This document shows, in pieces, positions 1 through 11,525 of a DNA stretch of 64,000 nt. Source of the DNA: Paragordius varius (taxonomy: Eukaryota > Animalia > Nematomorpha); contig OZ176058.1 in NCBI GenBank assembly GCA_964247055.1, positions 2,666,001-2,730,000 of the forward strand, written 5' to 3'. The position numbers were made by a program, and so were the translations under genes. Positions within the stretch are counted from its first letter, which is position 1. Every line of letters begins with the position of its first letter. The notes beneath the pieces were generated by a model, which was given only the letters and a program-made list of their open reading frames with translations, was not told the origin of the DNA and searched no databases.

Positions 1-275
1 CGCTTTATCTGTTAATACCAATGTTATATGTGTTCAAATTGAAAATTAGCTTTAATTTTAGCATTAGAATCAAATAAACACGATATCAAAAATTTTGTAA
101 AATAAAAATGGCATCAAAGTCATGGAATCATTTTTTTCAAAACTATATTCAGATATTTTTGTTTATGTAATTTTTATTTTGATAAAAAATTATAATTGAA
201 ACCGTTTTTTTTCATTAGTTTTTAAAAAATATCAACTTAAATATAGTCTGGAGCAATTAGATACCCCAAATCGAA
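1..275. mobile_element. Partial family A MITE copy
   Basis: Shares AAAATTTTGTAAAATAAAAATGGC..CAAAGT and downstream blocks with 1795-1970, in the same orientation. Confidence 0.6.
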
Positions 276-2545
276 TCATATTTACAATATATTTTCTAAA
301 AAAATTCATCAGGATTATCATGGTGCGTTTGCTTTTGGTTTACTTAAAAAAATATTTCCATAGTAATTGCTCCATGTCAAAAATCCAATTTAGTCACATA
401 TAATGTTTTAGGATAAAGCTAAATGCTTATTTAAAAATATCAATAACCTACATGTAACATAATATTTTTAAAATTAATATAGTAATAGAATAGATAATAA
501 AACTTTTTAAAGGGGTTATTATATAACTAAAAATTATATATTCTAAATATATTTTCTGATGGGATAACGTATATAAAAATGTTTAAAGTTTTAAAAATCT
601 CTGTTAGCATGGATATATTTACTAATTAAAAGTATTTTAAGAAATATAATCAAAACTCTATAGTTTTTATGAAATTTTACGTATTTTGTTTATGTAAAAA
701 TTAGTCAAGAACATAACATCTACAATTGGAAACGGTTGTGAAAAAACAGTGCTTTTAGAAAATGCAACATGGATGGATTGTTATATACAGCCTGAATTTG
801 TGATTAAATTTGGATGTTATAAATAAATAATTTTTTAAATTTATCTATGGAATTCAGTGGAATTTTTCGACCGGACAAGTCTAATTTAAAAATACTCCAG
901 AAAATGAAATTATACATACAAAATGCAAAATCTAAAAAAATATTTACAAAAGGCAACCATATGTTTTAAAACCTTTCAAAAAGATATAAATTATGTTAAC
1001 GCCAATAATAACAGTTTACTCTAGGTAAATGTGTCTTTTAGTTTTCGCGTTTTAATATTTTCATTTTTAATCTTTACAGGTTACTTTTAAATGATAAAAC
1101 ACTGGTGAGGCTAAATAATACGGTGTTATAAATTCTTTACATTAATATATCCATTTTAATTTAGCATTTATTCAAATAGCTATTAAAATACATTATTACA
1201 TTAATAATAGCCCTTTTACATTTTAAATTTAGCTTGACGCCATTTTTTGTAAAATAATTTAAATAATATTGAAATATCTCTCTATGTTAATTCACCCATT
1301 TTTAATATATGTGATAGGTTGACTAGTTCAGGGACTTATTTGAATATTAATTAATGTCATTTAAAGTAACTTAAATTTAATAATAAAGCTGGATTTTTAA
1401 TATCTCAACAAAAGTTAAATTTTAAGTTTTAACACTTGGATACAACACATTCATTCTAGACCTTCAATTCAAATTGGGGTAGTTAAATACCCCAGACCTG
1501 TTTAAAATTATATTCTTAAAAAAATATGGAATGAATCGAAACCATGACAAAATTTTGCACTTATATAACATTAATAAACCGAAATATGTAAAAAAAAATT
1601 ATTTAAAAATACTTGATATTATTTATTTTAAGCTAAAACCGAAAGGTAAAAATTTGGTCAACGTGACATGTGTGCAATGGTAAATTTAAAAATAATACAA
1701 AATAAACCGCTTTTTCTATTTCTATCAATGTTAGATATAATTTAACTAAAAAATTAGCTTTAATTATGCCCTCAAAAGTAATTAAGACAGTATTTTGCAA
1801 AAATTTTGTAAAATAAAAATGGCGTCGAAGTAGTTTGACATAGAAAATTTTTTCAAAACAAAGTTTTATTTAGATATTTTGGAAAATTTATATAATTTTT
1901 ATAAGAATAGAAGAAATTTAAATTTGGACTGTTTCATTCAGTAATTTTTCGAAAATCCTAACCTAAATTTAGACTGATGTGAATTTAAGTCAGTAAGATA
2001 GTAAGACGGTAAGGCAGAAAGATAGTAAGACGGTAAGACAGTAAGATAGTAAGACGGTAAGCATAAGACAGTAAGATATTTGTATAAAAAACATACATTC
2101 GTGATAAGTCTGCTAATAGGAGACTTATCAAAATTTCAAAGTATTATAACTTGAAAAATATTGCATCTTTTTGAATTCTGTAAACTGGAGGATTGAAAGT
2201 CAGGTATCCTTTACAAATAATATATAGGGTTGAGTGAAAATGCGTAATTCTTTCGACACGAAACTGAGTTTACTAAACACCTCCAAAAATTGTATAAATC
2301 TTAAAAAATATATAAAAAATCTTGGGTATTATAGAAGAAAATGGCATCTATACCATTGTTTCTTATTTGGTAAATATTTTTTTTATATTTTTACAGTTTT
2401 AACAATTTTTTTTAAAAAAATTGTACTTCATGGTTCTGACAATAAAAAAAATAAATATAGCTAAATATTATTATAATAAATTTGAATTTTGTATTTTAAA
2501 ATCAGCTTTTAACCCGATAATAACCGTTTTCCCCTAAAATTTTAC

Positions 2546-2832
2546 ATGCAGAACGATATCAGATCCAGGGAAGTTTTGGTGGAATTACTTGAAAAGTAAA
2601 TTATTAATAAATATATAGATTTCCAATATTATATTCTAGAAAATCCAACAGTTTAGTTATGCACAAAGATCAATGGGATTTATTGTTTAGTGAATATATA
2701 ACAAAAGTTAATGATGGCCAGAACTTTAAACAGTTACAGAAGATGTTTACTAATATTAAATATACGATTAAAAAGAAGTTGCCAATCAATCGCACCAACG
2801 ATACATGGAATTTTATATTTTTCCGCCCATAA
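2546..2832 (+). pseudogene. Harbinger Myb/SANT-like DNA-binding protein, C-terminally truncated; exons 2546-2595 and 2619-~2783
   Basis: Removing GT..AG intron 2596-2618 gives MQNDIRSREVLVELLEKFPILYSRKSNSLVMHKDQWDLLFSEYITKVNDGQNFKQLQKMFTNIKYTIKKKL. This fits the Myb/SANT-like pattern (L.EL.EK..IL..K...K..W.........KQL.K...N.K...KK) of the Harbinger second ORF. After ~2783 it runs into antisense transposase sequence and stops at TAA 2830-2832. Confidence 0.8.
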
Positions 2833-3387
2833 TGCCTGAGATAATTCCATTTCCGATTGATTTTTGGGAAATCTTATCCACTTAGAACGTAGCCTACTAC
2901 AATAATAACTAACATAAGAAATAATTTTAGTTGCATAGCTACGTTCTATCCCAAAATCATTGGAAACCCCATATTGGAATCCTGGGTCGGCTAAATACCT
3001 CAAGAAAATTTCCACATATCCTTGGTAAGTTAAAGTACCTGTTTTTTTCTTAGGCCTCAAATTGACCGGAAATATTTCATCTGTAATGAACTTCACAGTC
3101 TCTGGGCTGAATCGAAGTAAAGTTTTATAATCTTCGGGGGCTATTGAACGTCTACTTTTTGATTTTTTAGTCTGTAATCTAAACATCACAATATGTATTA
3201 CTGTATATTATTATAAGTAGCGACTGAGGACGATTCGTTTGTTAACTGACTAAATAATTATTATAAAAATATACTTATTGTCTGGAAAATATGGAAGGGA
3301 TGATCTAAAAATTTTTAATTATTTATTAATAATTTACTTTTCAAGTAATTCCACCAAAACTTCCCTGGATCTGATATCGTTCTGCAT
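2734..3387 (-). pseudogene. Harbinger (HARBI1-like) DDE transposase, truncated just after the first catalytic Asp; predicted exons 3387-3338, 3304-3275, 3249-3202, 3178-~2783
   Basis: The ORF contains YKTLLRFSPETVKFI, FLRYLADPGFQYGVSNDFGI..S...KII, WIRFP and IPCIVGAID, which are hallmark PIF/Harbinger/IS5 transposase motifs. Homology ends at GAID (2785-2796). Three upstream GT..AG introns join it in frame to the TIR exon. Confidence 0.88.
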
Positions 3388-5899
3388 GTAAAATTTTAGG
3401 GGAAAACGGTTATTATCGGGTTAAAAGCTGATTTTAGAATACAAAATTCAAATTTATTATAATAATATTTAGCTATATTTATTTTTGTTATTGTCAGAAC
3501 CATGAAGTACAATTTTTTTAAAAAAAATTGTTAAAACTGTAAAAATATAAAAAAAATATTTACCAAATAAGAAACAATGGTATAGATGCCATTTTCTTCT
3601 ATAATACCCAAGATTTTTTATATATTTTTTAAGATTTATACAATTTTTGGAGGTGTTTAGTAAACTCAGTTTCGTGTCGAAAGAATTACGCATTTTCACT
3701 CAACCCTATATATTATTTGTAAAGGATACCTGACTTTCAATCCTCCAGTTTACAGAATTCAAAAAGATGCAATATTTTTCAAGTTATAATACTTTGAAAT
3801 TTTGATAAGTCTCCTATTAGCAGACTTATCACGAATGTATGTTTTTTATACAAATATCTTACTGTCTTATGCTTACTGTCTTACCGTCTTACTATCTTTC
3901 TGTCTTACCGTCTTACTATCTTACTGACTTAAATTCACATCAGTCTTAGTCTGGGGTATTCCCCAATTTTAATCGAAGTGTTAAATATATGATTTTGAAT
4001 ATATATAACTCTAATTTTTATTTTATTAGTTGTTATACATTTTTTAAAAATTTGGTAGCTTATACGTTTATTCCAGAACGAATTAAATAATTTATTGGCT
4101 TAAGTGGAAAGATGTTTAAATAGAATTTATAATAATTTTTTTTTGAAATACTTTGGTGCCATAAAAAGGTTACTAAATTATTTACTGCATGATTTTTTTA
4201 AAAAAATAAGGATATTTAGTAATTAAAGATTACAATAAAACGCCATCTCAATATTAAACATAATAAATATTTTTGGATACAATTTATATATATTAAAAAA
4301 AATTTAGGTAAGCCTTATAATATAATTTATAAAATTTATTGTAAATTGGATTAAATAAAATTTGGATAGCATTCCGGACAAAAAGAATACATATTTCTCG
4401 GGCGACAATCTATCCGACAATTTATTCCTTGTAGGGAATGTACTGGAAAGCCACAGTTATTATCGACTATTTTTTTATTAAATATAAAACATTAAAAATA
4501 GAAATACAGACGAAATGTTATAAAATTTAAAAAGCGGCCATATTTTTTACCTTGATTTTTATAAATATACCATAATTTACTGCAAAGTACGTGGGAGTAT
4601 CGATTATAGATTATGTGTGTAATCAATAATAGGAAAAATGTGTTTAAAAATGTATGGATTGTTGTGTTTAAAAAAAATTATGAAACGTTTTGTCTCTATA
4701 GTTTCAGTTTTAACATAAAAAAATCAAAAAATACTACATTGCTTTTAGAAAAAAAATTAACAAATTGAATAAAATGTCTAAATTTGTTGAATTACCGCAA
4801 AACCCAAGAATTATCATTGCTAACGGCCAAACCAATCTCCAAAAGCACTGTTCGAATTTGAAATTAAACATTTATATGTTATGATGAAAAACGAGATGTA
4901 TGTATAAAAAAAATTATAAAATGGTATTTTGTAGCAATTTTTATGCGTTCGTTCGACAAAGATTTATTTAAAATGACAAATGATGCGCGTATTTAACATT
5001 TTGTTACACATAAAATTTGACATCTATGTTTTTTTTTATTTAGATTTTAGTTTAAACTTTTTTGATAAATGGATTGGGGGAAATTTATTGGGTGAATAGA
5101 ATAGAAATCATTTCAAAATATTAAATTTAAAATTTTATATTATAATCTTGATAACAAATATTTTTTACGATAAAAAAAATGCCTGTTCTAAGAACTTTGA
5201 AAAAATTATTAGAAAATAATTAAGATTAACAGTTTTAGTAATATAAATGAATAAAGGGAAATAGGGCGTATTTGGCTCACAATTTATCTTAAACCATATT
5301 TCTAAATAATCAGAATTAAATTTAAAATTATACAAACAAAACGTAAAGGCTAAAGGCCATATATTTTTTATTTATATGAATACTTTTACCCTAATTTCTT
5401 CTCTATGAAATATTTTATTTAGAATTATAAATAGCACTAGCCAACAATTTCAAATTTAAAATTTATATCATTAAAGTTCATAAATAGTATATCTAAAAAA
5501 ATTATCTAACACCTCAGAATTATTTTTATCAGGGTTGATCGAAAATATTTGGCCCCGATATAACAATAAATTCGAAATTATTTTCAAAATGAAATGTTTT
5601 TATTTTATATTATTCAAAAGTGAAAAGATTAAATCTCATGAATGGTAGTAGGTCAATCTGATGTAATAGTAATTTGGCTTAATAGGGTCAAAATTTTCAA
5701 CCTATAAGTAATTGAAAATTTGTTGTTTGTAATAAATATATCCAATTCTCTATTAGTACTTTGCAGTTTAGACTGAGTTAATTATACCAAAATATTAATT
5801 TTAGTGGTCATGTTTTTTAATCTCTATATGTTTTTTGCTTTAAAATAAATGATGTAATCATAAGAAAAAACTTTTTAGTGTGTCATCTTCGTACATCTT

Positions 5900-6460
5900 G
5901 TAATCTGCTTTGAAATTGTGAATTCCTCAAAAAACTGGAAAAAATGGGATTTATATTTTTTTGTGGAAAAAATTATAAATTTTATCATTTTTGTTTATAT
6001 CTAAAAAACCAAAAAAGATCGTATAAAAGTTTTTTTGTATGTCATTGAAAATAGAAGATAAATGTAATTACACATATTTAGGTTGAAATCCAAAAAATCC
6101 ATAGATTCCAGATCAAAAATCTAAATAGAGTTAAATCTTTGTCCAAGTATTATTTTCAGCATGAGAAGAAAAATTAACTTTACGCTTAAAAAATCGTTTT
6201 TACACATCTTTTATGGCATTACAAAAGGGATTTGTGGAATTAGGCTCATATTTTCATTAGACTTGTAGTATGACTCTATTGATCTTAAGTGTTTACATGT
6301 TAAAATTTTGATTAAAACATTTTAATCCTAAACAGGAGTTTATTTTACTGGTGTGTTTTCAAATATTTTTTAATCATAAATTTGATTAAAATGCTAAAAG
6401 ACAAAAATAACCAATATTATTCAGACTTAGTGGAATCTTGACATCTGTAAGGTATATATT
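5900..6460 (+). repeat. Dispersed ~550-bp repeat, copy 1 (unclassified)
   Basis: Colinear similarity with 8950-9525 (e.g. TCCAGATCAAAAATCT, TTTTACACATCTTTTATGG, AACCAATATTATTCAGA..GTGGAATC.TGACATCTG.AAGGTATA). Boundaries approximate. Confidence 0.65.
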
Positions 6461-6507
6461 AGAATTAAAATACAACTTTAAATATAAAATTGTCTGGGTA
6501 TTTGTTA

Positions 6508-6548
<41 letters not shown>

Positions 6549-6553
<5 letters not shown>

Positions 6554-6843
6554 CAAATTAACTCTTAAACAATTCAAATTCACTCTTGAACAATTCAAAC
6601 TCACCCTAAAAATATATTATGTGTTATTAATTTAACATAACTCATCATTAATATGAAATTTACGTAGTTTATTATTTTTTCAGCATTAGATTATTAAATA
6701 AAACTTTAAAAATATTAAAAATAATTGTTATTTTTTAATCTTAAAAAAAAACAAAATTTATTTTAAAGCAATTTGAATTGTTCGAGGGTAAATTTTGTTC
6801 GGTGAATTTGATTATTTAAGGAATTTTACCTGTAAATGATATA
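6549..6843. mobile_element. Family D MITE (TA-flanked, TIRs with 20-bp TTGAACAATTCAAATTCACC subrepeats)
   Basis: Inverted subterminal arrays; abuts a (TA)n tract at 6511-6550. Confidence 0.7.
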
Positions 6844-6879
6844 TATATATGTGATAAAAAGTATATAAACCGTTTAAAT

Positions 6880-7150
6880 CAGGGGTATTCAACATGCGGC
6901 TGTAATATACTACAGCCTAAAAATTTCTACTAAAAATTTTAAGAAATCTAAGGATAATTTGTTATCTTAAAAAATTATTCTAAATAATAAGTCTGTCCGA
7001 ATTTTGACAATAAACCAGCAAAAAATGTCAAAAATAATAATAGTTTTCACAGTCTTATGTTAAAATTATTTGTCATCGTATATGAATTCGGCCCGTTAAT
7101 TTTTCGATTAAAACTGCGGCTCTAGAAGCCATTTGTGTTGGACACCCCGG
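6880..7150. mobile_element. hAT-type MITE, degenerate
   Basis: CAGGGGTATTCAAC...GTTGGACACCCCGG termini with GCGGC subterminal motifs. No clean TSD. Related fragments at ~27240, ~56375, ~57265, ~62650. Confidence 0.5.
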
Positions 7151-7390
7151 AGTATTGGTTTCTTTTAGTTTCACACAAAATATATTAGGCTTTTAATTTT
7201 TGCAAATTTGAATTTACAATAAAATTTGCAATAATATAGACAAATCATAAAAATCAAAAAAAAACAAAAAATTCTATACAACCATATTTTTATATCTGAT
7301 ATATCCTACATACATATTTAAATTATATAATTGATTGTTTAATTACAACATCAATCCGTTTAGCCCAAAAGATGACATTTGAAAAATTAA

Positions 7391-7883
7391 AACTTTGATT
7401 CAAATTGAAGTATCCCCAGACAAAATTTAAATTAATATTTTTGAAAATCTACTGAAGGAAATGGTCCCAATAATTTATTCTTCTATCCTGATATTAGATA
7501 AATAAGCCAAAATATTTAAATAAAATTTAATGGTGAAAAAATGTCCATGCAGATTACTTTGACGCCATTTTTATTTTACAAAATCTTTGCATAATATCGT
7601 ATTCATTTAATTTTAAAGGTAAAATTAAAGCTATTTTTTAAATTACATCTAACATTTCTAGAAACAGAAAAAGTGGTATATTTATTATTTTTAAATATAG
7701 CCTATGCACACATACTTTGACCTTTTTACCTTTGGATTACACATCAAAATCAGAACATCAGGTATTTTTGAATAGGTTTTAATTCCTTCATATTTTTTAT
7801 ATATTTAATATTAAACAGGCCTGGGATATCCAACTACCCCAAGTAGAATCAAAGGACTGAAACGAATGTGTTGTATCCAAGTG
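7391..7883. mobile_element. Family A piggyBac-type MITE (opposite orientation)
   Basis: TTAA at 7387-7390 and 7884-7887; internal identity to the reverse complement of 1433-1971. Confidence 0.7.
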
Positions 7884-8949
7884 TTAAGATTTATAAAATA
7901 TAGTTGTCTTTTAAAAAAAATTGCCTTTTTGTTTTTACGTTTGTCTGTGTAAATAATTTCAATGTTTTGTGTGATAAATATTTTTTAATTAGATTTTACT
8001 TTTTTTCAGCATAATTTTTTAAAGAAAAATTTCGTATAGTTAAAGCGACATGGTCTGTAAAAACATTATTTTTCTGGGACATATTAAACACTTTATTAGT
8101 TTGATTGTGGAAGCATCACATTGAAATTATCGTTAAAAAAGTTTTAATAGTTACAGTGTAAATGCCGAATGCCTATAATTTAGATTAAACCCAAACCTAA
8201 TTGTAAAACAATAATTTTTATCCTGAAAGTATATTAGAGATTCGAATTATAATCATAGTATTTATTCTTTTATCCATTTTATTAGGGATGAAAAATTATA
8301 AATAATGGCGAATAAAAGGCAAAATGCATGATTTGGCCCAATATAAAAACTTTTGAATGTTATACTTAAAAATCTTTTTATAAAAATTAACTCAAAAGGT
8401 ATAGAAATATTTAATAATACAATAATATTTTGAATCATCATATAACCAAGATCTATCTTTACATAAACCATGTAAAAGCAATTACAACAATTGCCTTTGA
8501 GTTAAAGTAATTTCCCCATTTTTGTTTAAAAGCTCAAGATTTGATTGCAGTATTTAAATTTTATTATAATTAGCAAAAAATTATTTTTATGTCAATATGT
8601 TTTTCAAATATCTATATTTATAAATTTTTCTGATATTCTAGACTGAATTTTTAAAAAAAATTAACCAAGCCCTCCTCAAAATTTTGTCATCAATAAGTTT
8701 ACCATAATTAATAATAAAATATACTTAATATAATTGTGACTTATTTACTTTTTAAATATAAAAATTTTATCCAATATATTATTTGACAGCTGTTTTTAGG
8801 CTTTTGTTCCAAATGCAACATGTTCCCCTCATTTTTTTGAGTAGGTTTCTAACATTGGGACTATATTCCTACCCTAAAATGCAAAACATTAAAAAAATAA
8901 AAAAAAATTAGGATTAAAACCATTTTGATTCTATAAAATTTGACAAAAT

Positions 8950-9525
8950 TTTGGTTGATGTCATCTATTTTTTCTTAATTCCACAGGATCATCAACATTA
9001 TCAGTTTATCAGTTCTAAGATCCATGAAATGTTTAAAAAATTATATTGAGAGTTTTTTAATCTTTGTTTATAATAAAAGAAAATGGTATAAAAAATATGT
9101 CACTATAAATATAAGAAATTTAATGCTATACTTTGATCAAAATCAGAAAACTAGACGACTCCAGATCAAAAATCTTGAAAATGTTACAATCTCTTGTCGT
9201 AATGCTACTGCATGAGAAAGAATATAAAATATTTAGCTTTGCACTTTACAAATCTTTTTTACACATCTTTTATGGAATTATAAAAGGGATTTTTGATGGA
9301 ATTAAGCTCATATTTTCATTACACTTGTATGCCTCTATTGATCTTTTTTAAATACTTGCATGTTATATTTTCATTGAAACTCTAAAATCTTATAAAGGAA
9401 ATCTAATTTTTACTGCTGTTTTTTCAAATATTTCTCAGTCATGATAAATCTGATTAATGCTCTAGTCAATAATATTATAAACCAATATTATTCAGATTTT
9501 GTGGAATCCTGACATCTGGAAGGTA
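8950..9525 (+). repeat. Dispersed ~550-bp repeat, copy 2
   Basis: Direct repeat of 5900-6460. The short ORFs called here are noise. Confidence 0.65.
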
Positions 9526-9699
9526 TAATATATATAAGTAATAAATTTTATATATAATTGAGTAAAATCAAAATTCCAATAAAAATTCCAAAATATATCC
9601 TAGCGGTCAAAAAGCTAAGTTAAAACAATCTGAGATTTATTGATCATATATATTGTAGGGCTATTTAAAAACAAATTTTTTTGAATATGTTTAATATTG

Positions 9700-10920
9700 C
9701 ACTGTGTTCAAAAAAGAGGGTCATTTTGATTTAACGAAAAAATTTTTTTTTCATGAGATAGCTTATGACCAGCGTATTCATTTGCAAAAATTTTTATTTG
9801 TTGACAACCTAGTTTTTGAAATATTGAGAGAAAATCGAAATCGGGCAAAAAGTGAAAATTAAGGATAATTAAGGATAATAAAAAATAATGATAAAATCTG
9901 AAACATAATGGTTGATTATCATTTTAGGAGATATTTTCAATAAATAAATAGCCTTAAATCATATGAGTAAAATTTCAGGTCAAAAGATGGCGTTTTTTTA
10001 TTACACTTAAAATACAAAAAAAATTAAATGAAACTATATTAAAATAATTTTTTAATTATTTATTACCTTAACTCACTATTATTCAGTAAAATAAACTTCT
10101 AAATTAAAATAAAACCAAAAATATTGTTTTTTATTTTTTCATTTTTTGTCATCTGGTTTATTAGTATATAAAAAATTTATACTGTTTTTTTGGATTCTTA
10201 CATGATTAGGAATTATTAAGCATATAATTATGCAAAATAGGATTTAAAAGTAGTGGAATATCAACCAACAATCCTTACAATTTCCTGTAACAAGTCTGTT
10301 TTATTACAAATTAATATTTGTATTGGGATTTGTAATGATTGTTGGTTGAAATTTCACTAATCTCAAATCCAATTTTGCATAAATTATATACTTAATAATT
10401 CCTAATTATGTGTGAAACCAAAATAAAACAGTATAATTTTTTCACTCATAAACCAGATGACAAAAAATGCAAAAATAAAAAACAATGGTTTTATTTTGAT
10501 ATAGTAGTTTATTTTCCTGAATAAAATATGAATGTTAAGATTTTAATAGTGAGTTTAGGTGGTAAATAATTAAAAAAATTATTTTAATATGGTTTCATTA
10601 ATTTTTTTTTGTCTAGTGTGATAAAATAAAAACGATCTTTTGACCTGAAATTTTATAGAAACCCTAACTATATGATTTTAGATTTATATATTGAAAATAT
10701 TTCCTAAAATGATAATAAACCATAATATTTCAAATTTTATCATTATTTTTTGAATAATCATCAATTATCCTTAATTTTCACTTTTTGCCAGATTTCGATT
10801 TTCTCTCAATATTTCAAAAATTAGGTTGTTAACAAAAAAATTTTGCGGCAAATGAATACGTGGTCATAAGCTATCTCATGAAAAAAAAAATTTTTGTTAC
10901 AAAATTTTTTGCACACAGTG
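9700..10920. mobile_element. 1.2-kb fully palindromic foldback element with CACTGTG termini (CMC: CACTA/Chapaev-like)
   Basis: Arms 9700-~10290 and ~10325-10920 are reverse complements, with the apex near 10310. Termini CACTGTG...CACAGTG. 3-bp TSD TTG (9697-9699, 10921-10923). No coding content. Confidence 0.85.
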
Positions 10921-11525
10921 TTGTTAGAGAATTCGTTGATAACTATTTATGTACAAAATAACAAAGTTTTTATACTAAATGAAACCGTTTAAATAATACC
11001 TGCCTATTACAAATTATTTTGTGTTAAAATTCCGCTTTACATTATCATTAATAATTCTTTCTAAAAAATGTTTTTAAAAGGGATTGGAATCGAACTCTTT
11101 TAAAATCTTTTTTGAACAGTTCCACAAATTATTCAAAAAAGAGGCTTACAATGTAAAAACTTTCTTATGTTTCCACTCTCTCTATAAAATACAGAAAAAA
11201 TACTTTAAGGTTAAAATAAAAAAAATAGGGTTAAAACTAACAATGGCTCATAAAAAAAATTAAAAAATTGACCACAAAGCGGTTTTCAAAGGATATTTAT
11301 GCTTGTTTCCTAACTTCAACTTCCAATTTGAGCATTTTTTCGGAAAAATATATTTATTTTTTACGAATGTTGCTAATTACTTCAGTTTTTATTGTATGTT
11401 ATCTCTTTTTTAATTTTATTAAAATTTAATAAGGCATATCTGACTGTGCTGTAACTTTTGAAAAAAAAGAGTCCAACATTGTTAAACATATGTTCATAAA
11501 TATGTTTATTATATTAATTATATAA

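Larger units (their letters stand above)
1972..3945. mobile_element. PIF/Harbinger DNA transposon, internally deleted, with ~630-bp TIRs
   Basis: Left arm 1972-2613 is the reverse complement of right arm 3320-3945 (a few substitutions plus one 16-bp indel). TTA lies on both sides (1969-1971, 3946-3948), the canonical Harbinger TWA TSD. The core encodes HARBI1-like transposase and Myb/SANT fragments. Confidence 0.93.
1433..3980. mobile_element. piggyBac-type MITE (family A, ~570 bp) interrupted by the Harbinger insertion
   Basis: TTAA|CACTT...AAGTG|TTAA termini (TTAA at 1429-1432 and 3981-3984). Segments 1433-1971 and 3949-3980 rejoin to match the copies at 7391-7883 and 38914-39479. Confidence 0.75.

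Noticed and set aside
705-826. Possible terminal exon (KNITSTIGNGCEKTVLLENATWMDCYIQPEFVIKFGCYK*) with upstream AG and AATAAA
   Set aside because: No recognisable family, and no upstream exon can be joined with confidence; two frames are equally plausible.
2234-2464. Identical 76-aa ORFs at 2234-2464 (+) and 3469-3699 (-)
   Set aside because: They are mirror images inside the Harbinger TIRs, with an AT-driven K/F/I/Y composition and no domain. They are evidence for the inverted repeat, not genes.
4370-4860. GC-richer patches with exon-like borders on either strand
   Set aside because: Phases do not join consistently and no homology is recognisable.
9700-9706. CACAGTG/CACTGTG termini as RAG RSS or Transib ends
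   Set aside because: Both elements have 3-bp TSDs rather than 5-bp, there is no nonamer at 12/23 spacing and no RAG1-like coding sequence. Kept only as a CMC-type assignment.
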